Source: Alphaproteobacteria bacterium
Lineage (GTDB): Bacteria > Pseudomonadota > Alphaproteobacteria > MPNO01
Assembly (NCBI GenBank): GCA_965248835.1
Contig: CBDFLJ010000001.1
Location: forward strand, 576,001 to 640,000
Direction of reading: 5' to 3'
DNA length: 64,000 bases
Position numbers and translations under genes: made by a program. Under the pieces are notes generated by a model, which was not told where the DNA came from, made no database searches, and saw only the letters and a list, made by a program, of their open reading frames with translations. Positions 48,799-57,116 of this stretch are shown here, piece by piece (the stretch's first letter is position 1; every line of letters begins with the position of its first letter).

Positions 48799-50274
48799 TC
48801 AGCCGCCGCGCGGTGTCAGGAGGTGGCCGAATTTCTGGCGCGCGCGCCTTGCCTGGTCGGGGCTGGGCGCGTTGACCTTGGGGAACTGATCGCGCCAGTG
48901 GAACGGCCGGCAGGCGTCGATCACCGCGCGGCCCATGCTGAGGTCCTGGCGGGCGCGTTTTTCGGCCGACAGCAGCGGGTCGGCGGGCGAGGTGCGCGCG
49001 CCGTTGATGATGTCCATCGAGCTTGCCGGGTCCGACCGGGTGAGCAGCGCCCACCACAGCTCCTCGAGGTTGGTCACGTCGACGTCCTCGTCGACGACCA
49101 CCACATAGCGGTTGGCGTAGTTCGCGGCATGGCAGTGTGCGGCCACATGGCCGGCCTGTTTGGCATGGCCGGGGTAGCGCTGTTTGATCGCCACGCCGTG
49201 CAGCAGGCGGGAGGAGCCGATCTCGTAGCACCACACACCGGCGACGTCGGGCACCCCGGCGGAGGCAAGCGCCTCCTTGACCATCGCCGAGCGCAGCACG
49301 GCGCGGTAGCGGCCCATCTCGTCCGAGCCGCCGCCCATCGGCGGCACACCCAGCAGGATCGGGTCGTTGCGGTGATAGAGCGCCTCGATCTCCAGCACCG
49401 GCTCGGGGTGCTCGCCGCTGGCATAGTAGCCGGTCCATTCGCCGAACGGGCCCTCCATCTTCTCGTGGCCGGCGCTGAGATAGCCCTCGATCACCACCTC
49501 GGCGTTGGCCGGGAACGGCAGGCCAGTGACCTTGCCCGCCACGCAGTCCAGCGGCGCGCCCCTGATGCCGCCGACGACGTCGAACTCGCAGGTGCCGGCC
49601 GGCACCTCGGTGCAGGCGGTGTAGAACGACATCGGCTCGGAGCCCAGCACCATCACGATCGGGAACCGCTCGCCCCGCGCGAAATGCTTCTCGCGGTGGA
49701 TGTGGCCGTGCTTGCCCGGCACCATCAGGACGCCGACCGACTTGCGGTCGTGCACCATCGCGCGGTAGGTCCCGACATTGAGCCAGCCGTCGTCGGGATC
49801 GCGGGTGACCGAATAGCATCCGGTCCCGATATAGCGGCCGCCGTCCTCGACATGCCAGACCGGCGTCGGGAACTTCATCAGGTCGATGTCGTCGCCGGTC
49901 AGCACGTTCTCGAACACCGGGCCGTCCTCGACGATCCGGTGCGGGATCAGCGGCCGGTCCTTGACGAAGCCGGCGTAGCAGGCATCGCTGAGCTCGACCT
50001 TGGAGAGGTCGTCCGGGAAGCCGAGCGTCATGTTGCGCCGCTTGCCGGCGAAGACGTTCATGATCAGCCGGTGTCCCGGCGCGCAGCCCGGCACGTCCTC
50101 GAACAGCACCGCCGGGCCGTCGTCGTGCTTGATCACGGCCTCGGCGGCAAGACCGATATCCTCCTGCCAGGACGCGCCGCGGACCACGCGCAGCTCGCCC
50201 AGCCGGTCGGCCTCGGCGATCCACTCCCGGAGGTCGCGATAGGCTAGAACGCAGCGAAGATTGTCACCTGTCAT
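48799..50274 (-). CDS. UbiD family (prFMN-dependent) decarboxylase
   Basis: DGGRYIGT, NVGTYR, EGPFGEWTGYY, VVVDEDVD, AVIDACRP. Confidence 0.92.
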   Translation of the reverse strand: MTGDNLRCVLAYRDLREWIAEADRLGELRVVRGASWQEDIGLAAEAVIKHDDGPAVLFEDVPGCAPGHRLIMNVFAGKRRNMTLGFPDDLSKVELSDACYAGFVKDRPLIPHRIVEDGPVFENVLTGDDIDLMKFPTPVWHVEDGGRYIGTGCYSVTRDPDDGWLNVGTYRAMVHDRKSVGVLMVPGKHGHIHREKHFARGERFPIVMVLGSEPMSFYTACTEVPAGTCEFDVVGGIRGAPLDCVAGKVTGLPFPANAEVVIEGYLSAGHEKMEGPFGEWTGYYASGEHPEPVLEIEALYHRNDPILLGVPPMGGGSDEMGRYRAVLRSAMVKEALASAGVPDVAGVWCYEIGSSRLLHGVAIKQRYPGHAKQAGHVAAHCHAANYANRYVVVVDEDVDVTNLEELWWALLTRSDPASSMDIINGARTSPADPLLSAEKRARQDLSMGRAVIDACRPFHWRDQFPKVNAPSPDQARRARQKFGHLLTPRGG

Positions 50275-50369
50275 CCGCACTCTCCCTCGGATGCGTTTAT
50301 AGCCCATCTCGTCGCCGTGGACAGGCCGGCGCGGCTGGTCCAGACTCGTCGCCCCGTTGGGAGGACGCG

Positions 50370-51713
50370 ATGACCCATCCAGGATTCGATGCCGCCCGCT
50401 ATATCGACGACCGGCCGGACGAGCACATGTTCCGCGTCGACCGGCGCGCGTTCCACGACGCCGATCTCCACGAGGCCGAGATGGCGCTGATCTTCGAGCG
50501 CCAATGGAACTATCTGTGCCACGAAAGCCAGATCGCCGCGCCGGGCGATTACCACGCCACCCATATCGGCCGCCAGCCGGTCTATGCGATCCGGCGCGCC
50601 GACGGCGGCATCGGCGCCTATCTGAACGCCTGCGCCCACCGCGGCGCGGTGCTGACGCCGTGCCGGGCGGGCAACGCGCGGGTCCTGACCTGCCGGTTCC
50701 ACGGCTGGGCCTATGACACGGCCGGAAAGTGCATAAAGATCAAGAACCAGCAGAGCGGTTTCCCCGATCCGGGGTTCGATCGGGCGCGCTTCGACCTCAA
50801 GCCGGTGCCGCAGGTGGCCGCCTATCGCGGCTTCGTCTTCGGCTGCCTGGACGCCGCGGCCGGGACGCTGGAGGACCATCTCGGCGAGGCGCGGTTCTTC
50901 ATCGACATGTTCGCCGACCAGTCGCCGGACGGGCTGGAGATCCTGGCCGGCTCGCAGACCTATGTCTGCGACCACAATTGGAAGTACCAGGCCGAGAACG
51001 TCACCGACGGCTACCATGTCGGCACCGTGCACCGGAATTTCGCCGCCACGATCGCCGCACGCGAGGCGCGCGAGGGAACCGAAGGGCTGCTGAAGACCGA
51101 GACCGGGCGGATCAGCGGCAACGTCGCCAACGGCTGCTACGATCTGGGCGGCGGCCACATCGCGCTGTGGGCCGACCGCGCGAGCCCCGAGGCGGCCCCG
51201 CTGGCCCCGGCGACCGCCGCAATCGAGCGCACGCCCGGCGGCGCGATGGCCGATTGGATGCTGCGCCGCGGCCGCAACGTTCTGGTCTTCCCCAACATGG
51301 TGCTCAACGACCTCGCCTCGACCCATCTCCGCACCCACCGCCCGCTCGGGCCGGAGCGCACCGAGGTAACGATCTGGTGCATCGCCCCGAAGGGCGAGCC
51401 GGCCGAAGCACGGTTCGCGCGGCTCAGGAAGTTCGAAGACTTCTTCCTGGTCACCGGGCTTGCGACGTCCGACGACGTGATCTCGCTCGATACCGCCCAG
51501 GCGGGCTGCCACGGCTCGGAAGCGGGCTGGAACGAATACACCAGGGGCCTCGCGCAGGCCATCGACGGCCCCGACGAGCGCGCCCGCGCATTGGGGATGC
51601 ACCCGGTCCGATCGTGCCCGAGCTGGGACCACGAGGCGGAGCATGTCGGCTTCTACCGCCACTGGCGGGACTTGCTGGCCGCTCGCGTGCCGCAGGCCGT
51701 GGCCGCGGAGTAG
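50370..51713 (+). CDS. Rieske ring-hydroxylating dioxygenase alpha subunit (benzoate/anthranilate type), no adjacent beta subunit
   Basis: NACAHRG..CRFHGW, NWKYQAENVTDGYHVGTVH, FEDFF...GLATSDD. Confidence 0.88.
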   Translation: MTHPGFDAARYIDDRPDEHMFRVDRRAFHDADLHEAEMALIFERQWNYLCHESQIAAPGDYHATHIGRQPVYAIRRADGGIGAYLNACAHRGAVLTPCRAGNARVLTCRFHGWAYDTAGKCIKIKNQQSGFPDPGFDRARFDLKPVPQVAAYRGFVFGCLDAAAGTLEDHLGEARFFIDMFADQSPDGLEILAGSQTYVCDHNWKYQAENVTDGYHVGTVHRNFAATIAAREAREGTEGLLKTETGRISGNVANGCYDLGGGHIALWADRASPEAAPLAPATAAIERTPGGAMADWMLRRGRNVLVFPNMVLNDLASTHLRTHRPLGPERTEVTIWCIAPKGEPAEARFARLRKFEDFFLVTGLATSDDVISLDTAQAGCHGSEAGWNEYTRGLAQAIDGPDERARALGMHPVRSCPSWDHEAEHVGFYRHWRDLLAARVPQAVAAE

Positions 51714-51751
51714 CGCCAGCGCCGATCGGGCCGCCCCGGGCCGGCGGCCCG

Positions 51752-53155
51752 CTAATCCAGGAAGTCGGCCAGATCGACCGTCTCGTGGTTGAACGGCATC
51801 GCCGGGCGGAAGCGCTCGCGCGCCGGCAGGTCGCTGGCCGCCGGCATGGTCGCATCGATGATCGTCTTGGTGCCGATCCGGTACATCGCGCTCATCCCCG
51901 GCACGATGTCCGAGACGTTGTCGAGCGACCAGATCCGGGTGTTGGGGATCCGGATCACGTCGCGCTCGGCATGGACGCGGGTGGTCAGCGACCAGAAGAT
52001 CTGGCGCAAATCGCCGGCATCGATATCCTCGTCGACCGCGATGGCGAGCTTGGGATGGAGATAGGGGCTCGATAGCGCGGCCATCAGCGCGGTCTTGGCC
52101 TGGCCTTCGACCCGCGGGCGGAGCTTGAGTACGATCGCCATCAGCCCGGAGATGCCGAGAAGCCGGATGTCGCGCAGATCGAGCCCGCCCTCGACCGAGC
52201 GCAGGTGCTCGCTCACCACGGTCTCGATGCAGGTGGCGGTGATCGACTGGGTGTCGGTCATCGGGATGCCGCACTGCATCGAATAGAAGATCGGATCGGC
52301 CCGTCGGGTGATCGCCTTGACCCGGAAGATCTGGGTCGAGCCCTCCATCGCGTACGTCCCGCTGGCTTCGCCGAACGGCCCCTCGGGGGTCATTTGGTCG
52401 GTCGGCACCTCGCCCTCGATGACCATCTCGGCCTCCGCCGGCACTTCGAGGTCGATGGTCTCGCACTTGACCATGCGGATCGGGTCCTCGAGCAGGGCGC
52501 CGGCGATCGTCAGCTCGTCGAGCCCGTAGCTCGAGGTGAAGCCGGCGGCGTAGTAGAGCGCCGGATGGGCGCCGACGACCATCGCCACGGGCATCGGCTC
52601 GCCGCGGGCCTGATAGATCTGGAAGATCCTCAGCGCATGGCGCGGGCAGATCAGGAACCCGGTGCTGTCGGGCCCCAGGATCTGCTGGCGGTGGATCGAC
52701 ATGTTGCGGATGCCGGTCTCCGGGTCCTTGATGATCGCCATGCCCGAGGCGATGTAGGGCGCAGGGTCGTTCTCGGAATGCCACACGGCGGGGACCTTGG
52801 TCAGGTCCACATCGGCGCCGGTCAGCACGACCTCTTTCACCGGCGCCTGGGCGCGATCGACCGTCACCGGCGCGACCGGGCTGCGGACCCGCGCGCGAAG
52901 GGTCGGGATCAGCTCGTCGGGCGTGACGCCGAGCGCGATCGACCACTTCCTGCGGTCGGCGATCACCTGGCTGCACACCCGCCATCCGGGGTAGTCGGGA
53001 AGGTTCGCAAACAGCGCCGCCTTGCCCAGCGTGTCGTAGGTCTTCCACGACAGCGCGGAGACGTTCTCGTGGGGGTCGACCGGCTTGTTGAAGCGGATCA
53101 GCTCGCCCTGTTGCTCGAGGTTGCCGACATGGACCCGAATCGATTGTTCGCGCAT
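51752..53155 (-). CDS. UbiD family (prFMN-dependent) decarboxylase
   Basis: NMSIHR, AEMVIEG, EGPFGEASG, AVDEDID, KTIIDAT. Confidence 0.92.
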   Translation of the reverse strand: MREQSIRVHVGNLEQQGELIRFNKPVDPHENVSALSWKTYDTLGKAALFANLPDYPGWRVCSQVIADRRKWSIALGVTPDELIPTLRARVRSPVAPVTVDRAQAPVKEVVLTGADVDLTKVPAVWHSENDPAPYIASGMAIIKDPETGIRNMSIHRQQILGPDSTGFLICPRHALRIFQIYQARGEPMPVAMVVGAHPALYYAAGFTSSYGLDELTIAGALLEDPIRMVKCETIDLEVPAEAEMVIEGEVPTDQMTPEGPFGEASGTYAMEGSTQIFRVKAITRRADPIFYSMQCGIPMTDTQSITATCIETVVSEHLRSVEGGLDLRDIRLLGISGLMAIVLKLRPRVEGQAKTALMAALSSPYLHPKLAIAVDEDIDAGDLRQIFWSLTTRVHAERDVIRIPNTRIWSLDNVSDIVPGMSAMYRIGTKTIIDATMPAASDLPARERFRPAMPFNHETVDLADFLD

Positions 53156-53682
53156 CTTCCGATCATCCTGCCGCCGGTCTGCACCGGCAGACACTGTCGG
53201 GCAGAGTAGCCGCCGGATCGCCGGGCCCGCAACCGCGGAGACCGAGATTTGCTCGTGGTCTCGATCCGAGCCCGGCGGCATTCGGCGTTCCGCCGCGCCT
53301 CAAGGCGTCCTTGGCGCACGTGTTCGAGCGCGCACTTCCGGACGCTCTCGAAGGACGCCTGATGATGCGTTCCATTGGGGTCGGCCACCGCGGGGAACCG
53401 AATGCGACGCATCACATCAGGCGCGTTTCAACCGCCTTCGGGTGCGTCCGGGACGAGGCGTTCAAACCGCCGCCGGCGCTGCCCGACGCCGGGATCGTGG
53501 CGATCCGCCAAACCAAGCCGCCGGGCGATCCCGCACCGGCCCATGGCCTGCGGGCGGCCGGACGGTCGCGGCAGGCGCGGGGAAGCTGCAGCAAAACATA
53601 TCCAGCAGCGCCGCCGTCGTGATTGCCAACCCGATTTCAGCACCGGAACGAATAATCCGGGCGAACAGAACGAAAATGGATC

Positions 53683-53710
53683 GAATTGGCCGATGTCAGA
53701 CCAATTCTGA
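53683..53710. promoter_or_regulatory. Palindromic operator-like site (GntR/FadR-type)
   Basis: GAATTGG-N11-CCAATTC with overlapping TCAGA-CCAAT-TCTGA; contains GTCAGACCAATT. A TATAGT -10-like hexamer lies about 40 nt downstream. Confidence 0.4.
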
Positions 53711-53781
53711 CTCGGTTGCGCGCCCCCGTGACCGGCGGATTTCGATGTATAGTCGCGCCGATCGGATGAAGGGGGAGCGTG

Positions 53782-54822
53782 ATGGTGGAGACCTTGCTGC
53801 CGACGACCGTGGTGGGAAGCTATGTCCAGCCCGACTGGCTGGTCGATCGCGACAACCTCAAGGGCCGGCTGCCGCCGCGGGTGCGCGCCCGCGAGATGTG
53901 GAAGGTCGCCGGTTCCGACCTGGAAGAGGCCCAGGACACCGCCACGCTGGCCGCCATCCACGACATGGAGCAAGCCGGGGTCGACATCATCAGCGACGGC
54001 GAGATCCGGCGCGAGAGCTATTCCAACCGTTTCGCAACCGCGCTCGGCGGCATCGACATCCAGACCCCGGGAACCGCGATCGACCGGACCGGCCATGCCA
54101 ATCCGGTGCCGCGGATCGCCGGTCCCATCGTGCGGGCACGCCCGGTCGAGCTGCGCGACGCCGAATTCCTGGTCGCCAACACCGCCCGGATGACCAAGAT
54201 CACCATCCCGGGCCCGTTCACCATGACCCAGCAGGCCCAGAACGACCACTATTCCGACGACGAGGCGGCGGCGATGGACTATGCCGCGGCCGTCAACCAG
54301 GAGATCAAGGCGCTGTTCGCCGCCGGCATCGACGTCGTCCAGCTCGACGAGCCGTACATGCAGGCGCGCCCGGAGATCGCCAAGTCCTATGCCGTCAAGG
54401 CGATCAACCGCGCCCTGGAGGGCGTCGGGGGCACGACTGCGGTGCATCTGTGCTTCGGCTATGCGCACATCGTCCACGACCGGCCGAGCGGATACTCGTT
54501 CCTGCCCGAGCTCGAAGGCGCGGCGGTCGATCAGGTCTCGATCGAGGCGGCTCAGCCGGGCCTCGACCTCGCCATCCTGGAGCAGATGCCGACCAAGACC
54601 ATCATCCTGGGCGTCCTCAGCCTCGGCGATCCGCAGATCGAGACCGCCGAGACCGTCGCCGCCCGCATCCGCCGCGCGCTCGAGGTCCTGCCGCCGGAGC
54701 GCGTCGTGGTGGCGCCGGACTGCGGTATGAAATACATCAGCCGCGAGACCGCCTTCGGCAAGCTCAAGGCATTGGTCGAGGGCGCGAAGATCGTGCGCAG
54801 GGAGCTCGGCGGTAACGCTTGA
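53782..54822 (+). CDS. Cobalamin-independent methionine synthase II family (MetE C-terminal-like) protein
   Basis: TTVVGSY, SDGEIRRESY, PGPFT, QLDEP, HLCFG, SIE, APDCG. Confidence 0.88.
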   Translation: MVETLLPTTVVGSYVQPDWLVDRDNLKGRLPPRVRAREMWKVAGSDLEEAQDTATLAAIHDMEQAGVDIISDGEIRRESYSNRFATALGGIDIQTPGTAIDRTGHANPVPRIAGPIVRARPVELRDAEFLVANTARMTKITIPGPFTMTQQAQNDHYSDDEAAAMDYAAAVNQEIKALFAAGIDVVQLDEPYMQARPEIAKSYAVKAINRALEGVGGTTAVHLCFGYAHIVHDRPSGYSFLPELEGAAVDQVSIEAAQPGLDLAILEQMPTKTIILGVLSLGDPQIETAETVAARIRRALEVLPPERVVVAPDCGMKYISRETAFGKLKALVEGAKIVRRELGGNA

Positions 54823-54838
54823 CCTGTTCCGGCCGCGG

Positions 54839-55180
54839 ATGGAAGATCGCAGCAACGCAAGAGCGGGATTCGACATGCAGAGGCAACACGACCTCGGCGG
54901 ACTGCCGGGCGGGTCGATCGAGACGAACTCGCCGCCGACCGCGCCCTGGGCGAAGCTGATCACGGCCACGGTCGGAGCGCTGCGCGAGCACAAGCTGATG
55001 ACCGTCGACGAGATGCGCCGCGCCTTGGAGGACCTGCCCAAGGAGCAGTACGACAGGGAATATTTCGAGCGCTGGGCCGAGGCGCTGTGCGACCTGTTGG
55101 AAGAAAAGGGTTTGCTGAGCCATGACGAGGTCAGCGAGCGCATGGCCGCGCTGCGCGGCACGCTGGCGGACGGGACATGA
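54839..55180 (+). CDS. Thiocyanate hydrolase beta subunit-like (nitrile hydratase beta N-terminal domain); start may be ATG 54875
   Basis: HDLGG, PW, VDEMRRALEDL, YFERW, LLEEKG. Confidence 0.8.
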   Translation: MEDRSNARAGFDMQRQHDLGGLPGGSIETNSPPTAPWAKLITATVGALREHKLMTVDEMRRALEDLPKEQYDREYFERWAEALCDLLEEKGLLSHDEVSERMAALRGTLADGT

Positions 55181-55479
55181 GTGAAGCCGCCACGGAGGCG
55201 CGCCGCTTCGCGGCCGGCGACCGGGTCAAGGTGGCGGTCACCCATCCGCCGGGTCATCGGCGCACCCCCTATTACATCCGCGGCAAGACCGGGGTGGTCG
55301 AGCGGTATTGCGGCGCCTTCCGCAACCCGGAGGAGCTCGCCTACGGCTTCAGCGGCGAGCCGCGGCGCCACCTCTACCGCGTCCGGTTTCCGCAAAGCGA
55401 GATCTGGCAGAATTACGACGGTCCGGCGCAGGACACGCTGGACCTGGAGGTCTTTCAACACTGGCTGGAAGAAGCCTAG
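55177..55479 (+). CDS. Thiocyanate hydrolase alpha subunit-like (nitrile hydratase beta C-terminal SH3-like domain)
   Basis: FAAGDRV, GHRRTPYYIRGKTG, NPEELAYG, LYRVRF, EVFQHWLE; ATGA overlap. Confidence 0.85.
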   Translation: MSEAATEARRFAAGDRVKVAVTHPPGHRRTPYYIRGKTGVVERYCGAFRNPEELAYGFSGEPRRHLYRVRFPQSEIWQNYDGPAQDTLDLEVFQHWLEEA

Positions 55480-55489
55480 GAGAACCGGC

Positions 55490-56161
55490 ATGGCCGAAGA
55501 GGAACGCGGCGCAGGCGCGCACGCCCACGATCACGGTCACCCCCATACCCACGACCATGAGGTCGCACCGGAGAACCGCGACGTCGACGAGATCGGTCAT
55601 TACGAGCTCATGGCACGCGCCATCCGCGAACTGCTGATCGAAAAGGGCGTGGTGAGTGCGGGGGAAGTCCGCGCCCAGCTCGAGTTCATGGATTCGCGGG
55701 GCGAAGAGCTCGGCGCACAGATCGTTGCCCGGGCCTGGACCGATCCGGCCTATCGCGAGCGCCTGCTGGACGACGGGACCGCCGCGGCCGGCGAGTTCGG
55801 AATCGATATGGCCGGTGCCGAGCTGATCGTGGTCGAGAACACGCCCGCGGTCCACAACATGATCGTCTGCACCCTGTGCTCGTGCTATCCGCGCACGGTG
55901 CTGGGGCTGCCGCCGGACTGGTACAAATCGAAGTCCTACCGCTCGCGCGCGGTCATAGAGCCCCGCGCGGTGCTCGAGGAGTTCGGCACCACTGTCGATC
56001 AGGATGTCAGCGTCCGGGTGCACGACAGCAATGCCGACATGCGCTATCTGGTGCTGCCGATGCGGCCCGAGGGCACCGAAGGCTGGAGCGAGGATCGGCT
56101 GGCCACGCTGGTGAGCCGCGATTCCATGGTCGGCGTCACGCGCGCCAACAGCCCGGGCTGA
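55490..56161 (+). CDS. Cobalt-binding catalytic subunit, thiocyanate hydrolase gamma / nitrile hydratase alpha family
   Basis: VARAWTDP, VCTLCSCYPR Co-type motif, WYKS..YRSR, VHDSNADMRYLVLP; His-rich N-terminus; AGGAG RBS. Confidence 0.9.
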   Translation: MAEEERGAGAHAHDHGHPHTHDHEVAPENRDVDEIGHYELMARAIRELLIEKGVVSAGEVRAQLEFMDSRGEELGAQIVARAWTDPAYRERLLDDGTAAAGEFGIDMAGAELIVVENTPAVHNMIVCTLCSCYPRTVLGLPPDWYKSKSYRSRAVIEPRAVLEEFGTTVDQDVSVRVHDSNADMRYLVLPMRPEGTEGWSEDRLATLVSRDSMVGVTRANSPG

Positions 56162-57064
56162 TCAAGCCCCGCTGCCGGCCGCGCGGCCGGCGGTCGCCAG
56201 CCAGATGCCGGTGAAGATCGCCGCCACGCCGGCCAGGTGATACCAGCCGGTCGTCTCTCCGAGGACGGTGACGGCGATCGCCGCGCCGAAGGCCGGCGTG
56301 AGATAGATGAAGTAGCCCGCCCGCGTCGCGCCCACCCGGGCGACGCCCGCCGCCCAGAAGAGCTGGGCCAGGACCGATGCGAACAGCGCGACATAGACGA
56401 TTGCGGCCAGCGCCGTCCAGGTCAGCGGCATCCCATCGCCGTTGGCGATTTCCCAGAGGTGCAGCGGGAAGGTCGTCACCGTGCCGACGAAGAACATCAC
56501 GGTGAGGAAGGCCGGCAGGCTCAGCGTCATCGGCCGGCGCGGCAGCAAGATCGAGAACAGGGCGTGGCAGAAGACGCCGAACCAGATCATCGCGTCGCCG
56601 ATATTGAGGCTGAAGCCGGACAAACCGGTGACCTCGCCCCGCAGCACGATCAGCACGAAGCCGAGCCCGCCGGCGATCAGCCCGAGGATCTGGCGCGCGC
56701 TGGCTGCGGTGCCGAGCACGATCATCGCGGCGATGATGATGTTCAGCGGCAGGGTGCCCTGGATCAGCGAGCCGTTGATCGCCTCGGTATGGTGCAGGCC
56801 GACGAAGATCAGCGCGCTGAAGGCGGTCATTCCCAGGAGGCCCAGCAGCAGCAGCATCCGCCAGGCCGCCAGCACCTCGCGGCGCAGCGCCCAGACCTCG
56901 CGCAGGCCGAACGGCAGCAGGATCAGCAGCGCGCCGAACGAGCGCCAGAAGGCGAGCGCCATCGGCGGCAGTAGATCGGCGACGGCGCGTCCGACGACGG
57001 TGTTGCCGGCGAAGAACAGCGCCGTTCCGGTCAGCGCCAGATAGGCGATCCAGTCGCGCCTCAT
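56162..57064 (-). CDS. DMT/EamA family transporter
   Basis: About 10 TM segments, LAFWR, GVARVGATRAG..YLTP.FG, VLGE. Confidence 0.88.
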   Translation of the reverse strand: MRRDWIAYLALTGTALFFAGNTVVGRAVADLLPPMALAFWRSFGALLILLPFGLREVWALRREVLAAWRMLLLLGLLGMTAFSALIFVGLHHTEAINGSLIQGTLPLNIIIAAMIVLGTAASARQILGLIAGGLGFVLIVLRGEVTGLSGFSLNIGDAMIWFGVFCHALFSILLPRRPMTLSLPAFLTVMFFVGTVTTFPLHLWEIANGDGMPLTWTALAAIVYVALFASVLAQLFWAAGVARVGATRAGYFIYLTPAFGAAIAVTVLGETTGWYHLAGVAAIFTGIWLATAGRAAGSGA

Positions 57065-57116
57065 CGCCCGATCGGCGGCCGCGGCGGATCCGCGTCCCCG
57101 GCGGTCCGGCAGCGGC

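Noticed and set aside
53419-53472. CRISPR-like repeat (GCGTTTCAACCGCC / GCGTTCAAACCGCC)
   Set aside because: Only two short imperfect copies, no array and no cas genes.
53156-53781. Cobalamin or SAM riboswitch, 6S, SRP, RNase P or tmRNA upstream of the metE-like gene
   Set aside because: I could not find their conserved sequence boxes by eye; an Rfam scan is needed to be certain.
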